Below are positions 1 through 13,683 of a DNA stretch of 64,000 bases, in pieces. The DNA is from the human T2T-CHM13v2.0 reference genome, Homo sapiens. The position numbers and the translations under genes were made by a program. The notes below the pieces were generated by a model. The model made no database searches. It was not told the origin of the DNA and saw nothing but the letters and a program-made list of their open reading frames with translations. Every line of letters begins with the position of its first letter. Position 1 is the stretch's first letter. The DNA lies in assembly GCF_009914755.1 (NCBI RefSeq), contig NC_060935.1, one strand, 5' to 3'.

Positions 1-1294
1 TGCTCACAGCTCACTCACGTATTCCCTTTTACAGAGCTGACTCTCCCAATGTGGACACTGAGGCCTGGCCAGCCCTTGAAACACAATCTTCAGAAAAATC
101 AGCCCTTCAGCTCTCCCCGCAAACCCTTCAGGAGAAGGCACGAAGAGTGGTTTTCCTCACAGACCCCAGGACACACTTCCTGTTGCCCATTAGGTCTGGG
201 GAACTTGGCTCTCGGAGCCCCTCCCAGAAGGAGCCACAGTTCCCTCTGCCATTTGTGTTTCCTTTGAAATGTCTCTGTGTGTGCAGTTGGGTTGGGGGGG
301 GCGCGGATTAGCTCCCCTGACTGAAATATGGCTCAGATGCCAGGAAGAGCAAGCTCGAAGCAGCAAGGCGAGTTAAGCTTTCTGCCTCTAGCCCACGGCT
401 TAGCGGTGCGGATTACAACAGCAGGTGATGAGCGACGTTAGCCGCTGCCGTGGAGACTGTGAAAATCCTGTTACAGGGCAAAGGCGTTTTAGCTACAGCT
501 CCAAATTTCAAAGAATGATTGAGCTGGAACGTGGCAGGCAGGAGGCAACTAGGGTCCCAAATTATTTGACTTAAACTGAGAACTGGGCCTGAGGGGGCCA
601 CTGAGGTAGAGAATTCTGGAGAGGGACACGGGTGTTCTGCCCCCCTGCCCACCATCCCCTGGGTAAAGACTTGGTCCTCTCTTCCCAGCAGCATGCCCCT
701 CCCACCATCCTCCTCCCCTCCCCTCCCCTGACCATCCATAAGCGTAAGGAGCTTCCATCTGCCTTGAATCCTGTCGTCCTCACCAATCTGCAAACCTCTG
801 GAGACCAGAGCCCATGGTGTCTTCAGCCCTGTGGGGTTCAGCACAGCTCCCAGCACAGCTTCCAGCACATGTAAGTGCTCAGTAAATTTTGTCAAATGAT
901 CAATTGGTTGCTGCCTCAAAGCTGCATCTTCCTTGCCTTGTTCCACCTGGTTTCCAGATTCCCCCCACCACGCACACCCCCCTCAACACTGAGCACTCCT
1001 GGGAACCCTCATCTTTACACAGCCACCCCTGGTTCCTTGAAAATGAAACAGCACCTGGTGGCAGACCAGAATCCAACTGCAAATGAGTCACTTAGGGCAA
1101 GGGAAAGATTTGTGAAACCAGGAAAAGAATGAGGCTTCAGTAATTTCTTTACCCTGTTCAGTGGGAAAATGATAAAGTCACAGGATTTAAGAGTATTTTC
1201 TAGAGTCTTTGAGTTCAACACCCACCACCACCACCACATCGACCCTCCTACTCTCCCGCAGCCCATATTGGCCTTAAGGGGAAGTAGCTTGAAG

Positions 1295-1470
1295 TGGAGG
1301 AAAGAGTATTTGGAGTCGGAGGTCATTAGGAATCTAGGTTCAAATCCTAGTTTTTCAAGTCACTTAACCTTTCTGAACCTCTGTTTCCTCATCACCAAAC
1401 TGCCCACCTTATAAGCCATACACTGAGACAATGTCCACAGAGAAACTTCTCAGTGGTTAACACACAGCAG
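1295..1470 (+). mobile_element. MIR SINE fragment
   Basis: ggttcaaatcctag...caagtcacttaacctttctgaacctctgtttcctcatc matches the MIR core; boundaries approximate. Confidence 0.7.
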
Positions 1471-1611
1471 AGAGTAATCCAATAATAATGGCGTCGTTAT
1501 TGCGGGAATCCTGGTTCCCCATATGCTAAACCTTCATCCCTAAGGAAACTCAGTTTGAGTATGGCCTCTATCCCTAAGGAAACCCAGTTTATGGAGGACA
1601 TGAGGTCCCTT

Positions 1612-1785
1612 GATCTGATTTTATCCTCATAACAACCCTATGTGAGGTGAGTGATGATTATTCCCTCCCACAGAGTGGAAACTGGGGCTCACAGAAATAA
1701 CTTGCCAAGCTTGCTGGGCCAGGAAATATGAAGGCTGGAACTGGAACCCAGGTAGTGAGGCCAGAGCCCAGAGCTGTTTTCTATA
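1612..1785 (-). mobile_element. MIR SINE fragment
   Basis: tttatcctcataacaaccctatg...gaaactggggctcacaga...acttgcc is the reverse-complement MIR core. Confidence 0.7.
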
Positions 1786-2254
1786 CCAGAGTACCCCTCA
1801 GACAGGAACAACTGACTGTTACAGGGAACCCTATCCTGGGTGGGGACCTACTGTCTGGTAGACAAAGATGATGAGGGCAACTCTGTCCTCCCTCCCCTCC
1901 TCCCTCCCTTCCTTTTCATCCTTCCTTCTTTCCACCATGCAGTGATTAAGCGCTTGCCATCTGCTCAGCTGCTAGTAGTGAATATGTGGGATACAGACGG
2001 TCTGGTCGCCGCTGAAGGCAGCTCACAGTCCAGCTGAGGAAATGAAACAACAATTACACGTAATTTCAGAGCACTGGGTCACATTCCCAGAGGACTATCA
2101 TGGCACTTCACGTAAAATGCACGTGTGGGGTCAGAGGAAAAAAGGAATGGTCTGCAGTGCCACAAAGCAAGGAGGAGAAACACTGCAGGGCTCTGAAGAC
2201 CCTGGAATGATGAATAGAAGATCCTAGGAGACAGCTTGCCTAGGAAGGAGCTGT

Positions 2255-2335
2255 GTAAAGATGAAATGGGCTGCCTGGGAAGAGAGTGAGTTTCCCATCT
2301 CTGCAGGTATTCAAGGAGTGTCTGAGTGATTAACT
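2255..2335 (+). mobile_element. CR1/L3 LINE 3' fragment
   Basis: atgggctgcctgggaagagagtgagtttcccatctctgcaggtattcaag resembles the L3/CR1 3' motif. Confidence 0.5.
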
Positions 2336-3189
2336 TCAGACTCCTCCAGCCCCAAGACTCTCCAAATTGATAACAATGCCTGTTAAAGAGTCCACTATAA
2401 AAGAAGCAAGGAGATCCAGAAAGGTCAGCTCACACTCCCTCCAGAGAACCCAGAGCTTCTCTGAGGAGGGCGCAAGTCAATCACTCCTCAGCTCGGCTTA
2501 ACAGAACTTCAGTCTCCTCATCTCACATAAGCCATTCCCCCCTCCAATTTCCTGTGCCTGACTCCTCCAGGCCAACATTTAGAGGATCCGTAGCCACTGC
2601 CTCTTCCTCTAAGGGAAAACAAAGGAGAAAGCAGGCAAAGACCATCCGAAAATCCCCTTGTTTGCTCTCCTCTTCAGAGTCTCTGCAGAACACAGGCTGG
2701 CTATGTCCCAAACAAACAGGAAGCTGGGCTCCACTTCCGCTGTGCCCTTTGCAAAGGCTCCTGTCTACACCTCCTCTGCCAGCAAGGTCTCGCCCTCTCA
2801 GAATGGTGGGGGGAGGGACTGCAGACCATGAGATGCTGGGGAGGTAGGCCTCTCATTCCTCCACCTCTCCCTTTCCTTGGTGCTGCAAAAATGAAGGCGT
2901 CTCAGGCTACCTACTCTGGAGATCCTCCTATGTCAGCTGAAAGGCTTTCATGCCTAGGGTCCCAGAGCTGGAAAAGGTGGCCCTCAGTAGCCATGTCCTC
3001 CAGCCTCTTCATTCACGAGCTACTGAAAATGACATAGCAGTGTCAAACCTGCAGCGATCCCCTATGCTGGCTACCAGCTGGGTAGAGCTACATTGTTACT
3101 GTTAGAATTATGTTAAAACTGATTATTGCCCCTCTGCCGTTACAGAGTACAGTTCACAGAGCCTGCATAGGCACATAACATCCCAAGAT

Positions 3190-3400
3190 GTAGCAGAAAG
3201 AGGAGGGTTTGGAATACATCAGTGCTGGATTCAAATCCTGGCTCCTGCAGCTAGCAGCTATTTGACTCTGTGCTTGTGACATCAACTCTCCATGCATTAG
3301 TGTCCTTGTGGTAAAAATAGAGATGAGACTGACTGGCCCATGCTAGGCGTTTGTGCAGCTTACAGGATATGATGTGTGTAGAGTCTCTGGCATCTAGTAA
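3190..3400 (+). mobile_element. MIR SINE fragment
   Basis: ggattcaaatcctggctcctgcagctagcagctatttgac...gtaaaaatagagatga. Confidence 0.65.
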
Positions 3401-3929
3401 GTAGCCCCCTTCCCTCCATCTCTGAGGCCCCTACTAGGGACTACTAGGGATGGGGAACAGAGGTGGAAATGAGCTTTCTTACTTCCTTCTCCAGAGGTCA
3501 GTCCCAGGATTTTTATTGGCCTTAATCACTGTGATTTCTGTGATTTACCAAGAATTGAGAAGGAAGGGAGGAGGGCTCTTATCCTGAGAGCTATTTGTTT
3601 TCTCTAAGATAGATCCAAGCAGAGGCCAACCAGCATCACCCTCTCTGGCCAGAGCATCCTGATATGTGCCAGCCAAGCACCTGGATGTGCTGGGGGATGG
3701 GAGGGCAGGACAGATGGCCCCTCTGGCCCAGCTGAGGTAAGGGGAGCCAGCCACTGCCCTATGGGGAGAGGCAACCTAACGGGAACTGAGGCATCTTCCA
3801 GCTGGGGCACCCAGGCCTCCTCCCAGGAACAGTGGGCTGGGCTGGACAGTGGGCCCCTTTGAAGGGCTGGCCCTCCCTGGAAAACCAGTTAAGGTAGACC
3901 AGGATAACTAGGGAAAAATAGAAAGGAAG

Positions 3930-4424
3930 GGTAGTGGTTAATTTTATGTGTCAACTTGGCTGAGTCACAGGGTGCTCAAATATTTGGTTAAACATGATTC
4001 TGGGTGTTTCTGTTGAGGGTGTTTGGGGATGAGTTTAACATTTGAATCAGCAGACGGCCAAAGCAGATTTCCCTCCCCAACAGGGGTGGCCTCACCCAAT
4101 CAGTTAAAGGCCTGAATAGAGCAAAAGGCTGACCCTCCCCCTAGTAAGAGAGTATTCTTTCCGCCTGATTGCCTTCTAGGACATCAGCTTTTTCCTACCT
4201 TCAGACTCAAAGCGAAACATTGGCTGTCCCTGGGTCTCAAGTTTGTGGCCTTCCAACTGGAACCTACACCATCAGCCCTCCTAGTTCTCAGGCCTTCAGA
4301 CCCAGGCTGGAACTTACAACCTCAGCTCTTCTGCGTCTCCAGCTTGCCTACTCACCCGACAGACGTGGGACTTGTCAACCTTCATAATCATATGAGCCAA
4401 TTTGTTAGAATAAATGTTTTTATA

Positions 4425-4462
<38 letters not shown>

Positions 4463-4496
4463 CCTTTTGGCTCTGTTTCTAACCCTCACTAATACA
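3930..4496 (+). mobile_element. MLT2 (ERVL) solo LTR, MLT2B-like
   Basis: Starts (t/g)gtagtggttaattttatgtgtcaacttggct, ends ccctcactaataca; perfect 5-bp TSD ggaag (3925-3929 / 4497-4501). Confidence 0.9.
4426..4460. repeat. (CA)n microsatellite inside the MLT2 LTR
   Basis: About 17 uninterrupted CA units. Confidence 0.97.
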
Positions 4497-5868
4497 GGAA
4501 GGATCCTACTCAACACTAGAAAAGATATTTGAACACCCCAAGCTGCCCAACCATGGGATGAGCCATAGTTGGGAGAGGGAGGGAGCAGCCCCAGCCTCGA
4601 ATGCAGAAGAAACAGGCCCTATCCAGCATGCATGTGGGTTCCTGACTTGGATGAATCCCAGGCCTCTCCAGTGTGCCTTCCCCATCTTCCTCACTCTGGG
4701 GCGCTATCCAGCATCCATCAGGGGCGCAGTCGGAAAGTGAGTTCTATATTTTCCAAAGACCCTTCCAACTCTCAGAGACTGTGATTTTAAGACAGAGACA
4801 GGGAGGGTGTGATGTGGTCATTCTCCATAGATGTCATCCAGCGCAGTGTCCCCAGAGGTAAAGGAGCTGTGGGACATTCGTCATTGCCATAAGCCCTTTC
4901 TCCCCTTACCCACTTACATCAATGGCAGGTGAGGTGAGTTCTCTATTTCCTAACCCTGTGCTCTCTTCATACCATAATGCCAAGAGGTGTGTGAATGAGG
5001 AGGGAGGAAGACAAGACACAGAAGGCACACTGGAGAGACCTGGGATTCAACCAAAGCAGGAGCTGACAGAACAGTGTGTGGGTCACCCAAAGGAACAAAG
5101 AGAAGGGTTCCCAGGAGCCTTGCCCAGCTCCACAATTCAGGTCCACCGTGTGACTTGAGGGCCTCCTGATCACAGCGGCCTGCATTCCTCATCTCCAGCA
5201 GGAAATGATGGGAGAATGATAAAGATATGAGGGCTACTCGACCTAGAAAAGAAAAATTCTTTTCTTTGTGTACTTTAAATAAAGATTTAAAAGAAAACAG
5301 CATTTCTCTTTCTTGAAATGTTTTTGGAATAAACCTATTATGAAGAAAAAGTGGGATAAGGGTTTGCTTCCTGGCTGTGACAGCAAGTTTGGGATGAAAG
5401 AGAATCTAATTGCCATTGGTCTCTCTTCTCACTCCTCTCCTCCACCTCTTTCCCACTTCTATGCCCTCCCCACATGCCCCATGCCCAGCAACATCAAAAA
5501 TGTGCCCCTTCTTGCTCTCCAGCTGGCTCTGCCCAGATATCTTCAAGGAGACCTGAAATGACCAGCTGAAGGCTATGGTTCAGAAATGAGTCAGCCAGGG
5601 TGGTGGTGGCCCTAGTGGGAAAGCTGACAGCATAAGTGCAGGAATGGCAGCAGGCAGTGGAGCTGGCAAGACATAAGGTGGGGCTGCTGAGCAGAGCCTG
5701 GGGTGCCCTGGGGTTCAGCCTCAGCACAGGGAGCTCCTGAGGGGACTCTGCCCACCCCTTCCCCGAGAAAACTCAGCAGATGGTGTCAGTGAAGGGGGAC
5801 ACACTCGAGCCACCAATCTCTTTTGTAATGGATTCTAGGGTGCTACAGTGAGCCAGGAAGACCCAGAG

Positions 5869-6664
5869 TGTTAGGAGTTGAATTGTCTCCCCAAAATTCA
5901 TATGTCAAAGTCCTAGTTCCCAAGGTCTCCAAATATGGCCTTACTTGGAGATAGGGTATTTATAGAGATCATTAAGTTAAAGCAAGATCATTAGGATGGA
6001 CTCTAATCCCATATGACTGGTGCTATGGACTTGGGATGTGTCATTCCTCCAAAATTCATATGTTAAATGCCTAACTCCCAGTGTCACTGTATGAGGAGAC
6101 AGGGCCCGTGAGGAGGTGGTAAAGGTTAAATGAAGTCATAAGGATGCAACCCTAATCTGATAGGGCTCATGGCCCTACAAGTAGAGGAAGAGACACAAGA
6201 GCTCTCTCCACTCCATGTGAGGATACAGTCAGAAGGCAGCCATCTGCAAGGCAGGAAGAGTCCTTGCCAGAAATTGACCCTGACAACACCTTGAGCTTGG
6301 ATTTCCAGTCTCCAGAACTGTGGGAAATAAATTTCTGCTGTTTAAACCACATAGTCTGTGGTATTTTGTTACAGCAGTCCAAGCAGACTAATAGAACTGG
6401 TGTCCTTATAAAAAGGGAGAAATGTGAACACAGAGACACACACAGAGGGAAGATTACATGAAAAGACACAGGGAGAAGATGGCCATCGGCAGCCAAGGGG
6501 AGATCCTGGAACAAATCCTTCCCCTCACAGCCCTCGGGAGGAACTAACCCTGCTGACACCTTGATTTCAGACTTCTGGCCTCCAGACCTGTGAGATAACA
6601 CAGTCCTATTGTGTAAGCCACCAGTCTGGGGTGCTTTATTAGGCAGCCCTATCCAACTCTCATG
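5869..6664 (+). mobile_element. MLT1B/C-like MaLR solo LTR, split by a nested LTR
   Basis: tgttaggagttgaattgt...taatcccatatgactgg | tgtccttataaaaag...gcagccct; the two halves are colinear once 6021-6400 is removed. Confidence 0.85.
6021..6395 (+). mobile_element. MLT1A-like MaLR solo LTR nested in the MLT1B/C LTR
   Basis: tgctatggac...gcagactaataga flanked by 5-bp TSD actgg (6016-6020 / 6396-6400). Confidence 0.88.
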
Positions 6665-7984
6665 CTGGGCTAGACGGTAAACCACAGGTCGGAGGCAAGT
6701 AGGATCAGGTTCGCCCTCCATGCAGTCCTCTGCTCTCAAACCTCCCCCTGGCCTGGAGGGGAATGGATTCTTAGACATCAAGGTCTTTCTTTCCTATTGA
6801 TGTGTCCTGGGCCCCTAGAGTTCCAACTTTCCATCTCATTTGGGGGTGGACACCAGACAAGGCCGTAGTTTGCTATGCAAGAAGAAATCATTTTTAATCA
6901 GGAAACAGTGACTCTCAGAGAGAAAAATCCATGGAGACAGAGCAGGCCTGGTGCCAGGGAGAAGGCCAGTTGCCAGAGCCCAGTTCCCTGTTTTAATTCC
7001 ATGGCTCATGGGGGAGGGCATCTCCGCCCTGCTGAAGGGGAGGAGAAAGACAGGGGTACTTATCAGCCAAAGCAGATGCCCTCCCAGAGGCCTGGCTAGT
7101 GTCCTCCTCTTGCTGGGCCTGCCCCGGCACAATGGCAAGCTGGATTGGGAGGAACTGGAGGCAAAAGCAAGCAGAGGCAAAAGGAAGGGGGTGGGCTCAG
7201 AAGGGAAAGGTGGTGGCCGGCACCAGCTGCCTAGCTGTGCCCCGCCCCTTCTTCCCTCCTCAGTGCCTGCTCCCCCATCACACAAGGAAGGAGTCCCTGC
7301 CATGCAGTTCCAAGGAGAGACAGAGACAGGGCATGGAGTCACACAGGCAGGAAGGAATCTGGTAGGCATCCAGAGGAGGCTGGCATGAGAACAAGGGACA
7401 AAGATGGGAGTTAAACACACTCACACGAAGCTGCCTCCAAAGGCTGCCGAGACGCTTCAGAAAACACATCAGTCCGGCTTTCCAGCTGTCTCCAGATTAC
7501 GCCACCAGCACCTTTGGGATTCTCCCATCACTACACATTAACGACAATGAGGCCATCTGCCCCTGTCCAGCTGAAACGCTCCCCCCATCAGCCCTGAATG
7601 TGGTCCGTGTGATGGCTGAAGAAAGGAGCCCACTCCCAGGAGTGGGGAAGGGGAAGAAGGAACATGGATTTCCAGATCATAGAGTGAAATCCCTAAGCCA
7701 TCAGGTTGATTTGGGATTCTGGCAGACAAGCAAATCTGCAGAGGGGAAGATGCTAGGGCGGCTTAAGAAACAAATTCAAAGCAAAAGACAATGGCATTGA
7801 TAGCAGTCCTCCCCACCGCAGGCCCTCTTACGAGAGCTTTGAATTCTCAGCGATGGATCCAGAAGACAGAGCAACATCATCTCAGCCAGTGGTGGCACCA
7901 GCCTGTGTTTGCAGGAGCCAGGCACATCAAGTTCAGTTCCAATAAGTGCACTGAAGAATCTGAAGCCTACGACAGTATTTTCAA

Positions 7985-8210
7985 GGCACTGTGGAAGACA
8001 GATAAACTTGGAGTAGGCAGACCTAGGTTTGGATCCTAGCTGCACTTCTTACTAGCTGGGTGACACAGACTAGTGACACAAATATCTCTGAGCTTGCTTG
8101 ATTTTTAAAATAGGGGTTTGAGCATCTACATTATGGGTTTGGTGAGTGGATTAAATGAGATTAGTACAGAGTCAGGCACACAGTAGGTAGATGCTCGATA
8201 AATATTCTTG
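7985..8210 (+). mobile_element. MIR SINE
   Basis: cttggagtaggcagacctaggtttggatcctagctgcacttcttactagctgggtgac...ggattaaatgaga...gctcgataaatat. Confidence 0.75.
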
Positions 8211-9534
8211 TTACCCCCACCCACATGCACTTCCTTCCTACCTAATACACCCAGCTCCTAGATAAGACTCATGGGAAAGGGTTGCCATGGCTCTGTTTGA
8301 AAATCTCTAGTGGCAGAGAACTCACCACCATACAAAGGGGACCACTGCATTTGGAAAGCTCTCCTGGTCAAAATGTTATTTTGCTTATTATAAAATAAAT
8401 CAAAATCAGCCTCTTTATAATGCCTCATTGGTCTTTATTCTGCCCCACCCCTGACACGCTGTCACAAATAAGCCATACGAAGAGAAGGAGTATGCTCTCC
8501 TTCACCTTTAATAACAATTCCTGTTACCATGTGTACCTTCTGCAATCATGCCTCACTCCATCTATTCACTTACTCACCTATTCAACAGGTGACCAGCTAG
8601 CTCCCCCAGGACACTGTGGCAGGGCACAAAGATAATGGTCCTGAATTCATTGTGAACCAGGAATCCCCAGCTGGCTAAAATCTCAGAGTGCCTTTGCAAA
8701 CTCTTTTTTTCCTTCCAGAGGCACTACAAAGAGAAGGAAAGGCATGAACTAACTTTAGCAGTGCCTCCGGAAGGAAGGCCATGCTCTCCACGTCTCCAGA
8801 GAATCTGAAGGTTGGCCGCAGAGGAAGCATGGTGATCCTAATTTCTTGTTCCCAACAGGGCCTAAACTCACCTCACATGGCAGGAAACCGCTCTTTGCTT
8901 TGAGATGAGCCAGCTCAGTCTTATTTGCAAAGCTGTCCCCAAACTCTCCATAGGAAGTATAATGTCCCCATAAAGAATCCCTATCTTCTCATGTGACTAC
9001 TTCTCGCTCTTTAAAGAAATAATCTGAGTTTGCAGTGAGCAAGCTTCCTCCTCTCTCCCCCTCCTTCACCTGATACTATTTTGGCTCCCAATAATTACAT
9101 TAGGTATAGAAACTGACTTTATGTTGCTAATAATTATACATGCTTACAAAACAGATGGGTCTGGGGATCTGGAGGGGGGTAGCGTTTATGGACTCGGAAA
9201 TGAGATGTTTTGTTGGTAGGAAATGGATAGTTATTTCCAGGTTTTATTGCTGTGTTTCTCAGGACTCTTCTTAAATCTTGTTGATAATACTTTGCCTGTA
9301 TTGCCTTCCGTGCATTTTATAAGACTTAGATCATCAATCCTGGGTATGTGGGAGAAATGGCATTAACTGCCTGGAGCAGGAGGGGAAGGCAGAAATGACA
9401 GGGACAGGCCGGTGCCACTCAGAAGAGGCCTGTACTGGGGAGTCAAGAGATTCTTCTTACCAAGACACTTGGTAGTGGGGGGATATCCCATTAAATATCT
9501 GAATCAGAAGGAATCTTAGAAGAAGTCACCTGGT

Positions 9535-9693
9535 CATGCAGTTAGTGTGGTCCCCAGACTGGCAGGACCATCATCAACTGGAAACTACTGGAAATGCAAA
9601 TTCTCGGGCCCTACACAGAACCCTGGGGGCAGCCTCCAGGAATCTGCCTTTCTCCCAGGTGATTCTGAGGATTGCTAAACTTAAAAATCACTG
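9535..9693. mobile_element. MER5A-like hAT-Charlie MITE
   Basis: agtgtggtccccagac...gaaatgcaaattctcgggccc...ccaggtgattctga...aaatcactg. Confidence 0.75.
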
Positions 9694-9881
9694 ATCTTGC
9701 TCAATCATGTTGTATTAAAAATAAGTAAACTAAAGCCCAGAGGGACTAAGTGATGTGCCCCAAGTCTCCCAGCCAGTTAATGGAAAGGCAGGGCTAGAAC
9801 TTACAATTCACCACATTAGTTCTCTCCCCAAAACACCGTGTTGCACTATGCACACCTAGGCACTACGCACATGATCTAATT

Positions 9882-10010
9882 GATGTGCTTCTCCAACACT
9901 GGGGTGTGTGGAAACCACGTAGAGATCTTGATAAAATGCAGACTCGGATTCAGAAGTTCTGGGCTCTGCATGTCTAACAAGGCCTCTAGGTGACACGCTT
10001 AGAGGTCCAT
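9882..10010. mobile_element. MER5-like hAT MITE fragment
   Basis: cttgataaaatgcagactc...ggattcagaag...ctgcatgtctaacaag...aggtga. Confidence 0.6.
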
Positions 10011-11489
10011 GTAAGTCCATCCAAACTATGGCCCTGGTGTCACAGCTGGACAGAGGTTCTGGGATTAATCAGTTGTGGGACTTTAGGCAACTCACTTCCC
10101 CCCTTCAGCCTCACTTTCTCCATTTGGACAGAGAAGGAGCTACTGCCTTTTATGTGCCTTTCGCAAGATGAGTCTATGCAGCAGTGACTTCGTGTCTACT
10201 GCTCAGCTCCGGATCATTCTCTCTGGAGCTTTGGTCAGTGGGCCACTGCCCAACCAGTCCTTCGTCATCTCTCTCCTCTCCAGGCTGCCACGTTAACTTC
10301 AGGAGGGCTGGTCATCTCCCATTTTCTCCAAAATCTACATGACACATAGATAATAGGCTCTGGCAAAAATGAAACGTGTCTCCCTTTCTTTCAAGGAACA
10401 CCTGGGTAAAAATCCCAGGACCCGTTCTTGTTCTCTCTGGTTCATATTTCTCTTTGCTCATTGGTAATGGGTTCCTCATGATAGCTGACCTAAATCCCTC
10501 TAGCTTTAAACACCCCGTCATTTAATTATTCACTTGACAAGCACTTTTTCAGTGCTCTCTGAGTGCAAGCACTGGGATAGACACCAGGTAAGTGAACTTC
10601 CTCTTCCCTACCTTCTTTTCCCCCATCATTTGGGGCTCCAAGTGAGCTAGGTCCAAACCTAAAACCCTAGCCAGGGCCACTTCTTGCTGGACATATTTGC
10701 TGAACATCTTCTAATTTCATCTGACTGACTTATCTCCCTCCCCAACCAGGTGGACTTGCCTTATCCTCCTAATTGGGAACACCCCATCTCTCCAGCCCCC
10801 AAACATACCCATTTGTCAGCTGCCAGCAGGTTCGGCTCCGCCTCTTTCATATCCTGTTTCTCTTGGAATCTCACTCCCTCCCCACCAGGTCCCTTTCTTT
10901 CAGACAACATTGATAATGAATAAATCTCTTTCAGAGTATAGAGTAGGCTGGCATGTCCATGGGGAAGGCCCAGCAGACACAGGCAGGATGGATGGCTGGT
11001 GGGAGCGGTGCCGTCGGCTCTAATTAACGTATTGTTCTCTGGGCTCCTGCAGGATTATGGATGAGCTCCACAAAGCGGCCCACTTAACCTGAGCATCCTA
11101 GTTCCAATCTATTACTTTCTCCACTGGCTTCAGCCTACAGTTTGGCCTGGTGTGGAGGCGCTGGGTGTGGGGAAAAAGCCAAGAGAGCTCAATTTGAGGA
11201 GCTCACCAAATGTACACGCCCAGCTTGCTTCTGCCTGATAGGTTAGCCTGCTGGAGGCCTGAGCTTATTCCCCCAGGAGGCAAAGAAAGTACCACCAGAA
11301 GTACCATGAGGCTCTGATTTGAGATCTAATCTACATAGTTTTGCAGGTAGACATAGAGGGTTACCAGCCAGCCAAGATGTGGGAGCTTCCTCCTGATTGC
11401 TGGCTGACAAAAAACAATCAAAACAACTTTAATGCTGGCCTCTAAGCCAAACCTTTCATTTGCATATCACAAAAAGTCTCTCATCTTCT

Positions 11490-12090
11490 GATCATGTTTT
11501 TCATGCATTAACTTTTGTCCGAGGGCTGTTCTATCCAAGGGTATGAACTGCAAGACTCGGCTCTCACCCTTATGAAGCTTACAATCTAGTGAAGAAGATA
11601 AGACACATTTGTAGAAGCCCCCAGCACCAAATGAGTGTCCAAGGGAAGTGCTGCATGGAGTACAAGTGCAGTGATGTGAGAATGAAGATGATCGTGGTGT
11701 TAAGAGAGGGATCTTAGAGGTGTAAACAGGTAGGCAGGAAGGAGAGCCACTCTGCAATAAGGATCCCCGGGGAAGGAAAAGGACAGCCTGGCAGTAGCAT
11801 TTGCTGCGCTCAGGGGAGTCAAGCGTGAGCCATCTGGACAGGTAACCTGGGGGCAGAGTAGAAAGAAAGGGCTCCACTAAGGAGTTTGGGCTTTATGGTA
11901 GCAGAGGGTCATGAAATTGTCAAGCAGAAGAAAGACATGGTGAAAATCTATGTGTGCAATGGAGAAGATTAATCTGTCAGGGATGTGCAGGAAGGATTTG
12001 AAGAGGAGTTATGTGGTGCTGGGGAGACCAATCAGGAGGAGGCCATTGCAGCCTGAAAGGTCTAGAATGATGATAGTGGTGACAATCTCC
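11490..12090 (-). mobile_element. L2 LINE fragment
   Basis: ccttatgaagcttacaatctagtg and taaggagtttgggctttat...aagcagaagaaagacatggtga...ggagaccaatcaggaggaggccattgcag are typical antisense L2. Confidence 0.7.
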
Positions 12091-12332
12091 AATTCACAGG
12101 GGAAAAAGGGTGGTGGTACTGAACCCCACAGACTTTCAGTGAGGTGCCCAAAGTTACACAGTTAATTATGGTTTGGTCTCGGCATGACTCCTAACCCAGG
12201 ATGCTTTGTTCAAGGTCATATAATGAGAAATCAAGGTAGCTGCAGTGGCTCCGACCGGTTGTCCTGGCGCACAAGGAGGAGAGGCTACGCGTTCAAGGCC
12301 AACCTGGGCAAAATTGAAGAAAAAAAAAAAAA

Positions 12333-12677
<345 letters not shown>

Positions 12678-13276
12678 TTATCAACTAAACTAAGCTACAA
12701 TGGCCTAGGCTCACACATGGTTTCAGATGCTCCCCAGAACAGCAGGCTGCAAGGACTCTGCCCACTCCTGACATCACTAGCATCCTACTTAAGTTTCACC
12801 AGGAATGTCTGCCTTGCAGGACAGAGAAGGCTGACTCTCCACCCACCCTACTTCCAACCCTATGCCCAGTGGGAGCCATAGCAACATAGGAGATAGATGG
12901 GAGATGGGGGCCAGGAAGTCCTGGACTCACAATCTCTCTCTCCCACAACCTCAGACAAGCTACTTAATCTCTCTAAGGTAGATTAGAGAAGGTAGTGTTA
13001 TCTACATACTTTATGGGGTGGCAGAGACAATGAAATGAGAGAGTGTACACAATAGAACAGATAGGAAACCAATAAATCATTAGATATTACTGTCATTATC
13101 ATTACATTCTTATAAATGTCAGGGCTTCCAGACCTAGAACATAGATCAGGAGCAGTGTTCTGTCGGTAAAGCTTTATACTTCAAAGTAACATGCTAGAAG
13201 GGGAAGGCACAGCCACTGGAATGGAAAACCCAGCTCTGAGAACTGATTCCACTTCCATTAGCTGTGTAATTCTGGG

Positions 13277-13683
13277 TGTGGTGGAAACTGTCAGGGCTCA
13301 CCGATATCTGCATTCACCTTTTCTTCCTGGACTACATTTCCCAGCCTCCTTTGTTGTTAGCTATAGCTGTGTGTTTCCATTCTAACCTATGGAATATGGA
13401 AAGAGGTGATGTGTGCTGCCTCCAGGCCTGGCCCAGAAAAAGCATTCCACAAACAACCCTCCCCTGCTCTTCTCCATTGATCAGCCAAATCAAGAAACTC
13501 CAAATACCTTGAGGACAGCAGAGTCACAGGGAGAAGCAGCCTGGGTCCTGGACCCTACTGCATCAAGAAGAGCAACCCTGCTGACTCTCACTGAAGAGGG
13601 CATATTTGAGAAACTCTTACTGAGCTAACCCACTGAGATCTGGGAATGTTTGTTACAGCAATTAGCCAACACTGACTAATACA
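13277..13683 (+). mobile_element. Old MaLR LTR (MLT1I/J-like) inserted in a MIR
   Basis: tgtggtgg...actacatttcccagcctcc...tttgttacagca...ctgactaataca; TSD ctggg/cttgg; flanks rejoin as MIR agctgtgt|ggcaag...cctcagattcctcatctataaaat. Confidence 0.8.

Noticed and set aside
1048-1066. CTCF-like cacctggtggcag (also ccaccaggtgggag at ~16437)
   Set aside because: Mismatches at high-information core positions
6167-6781. 204-aa ORF on the minus strand
   Set aside because: Almost entirely antisense MLT1 LTR sequence; a typical repeat-derived pseudo-ORF
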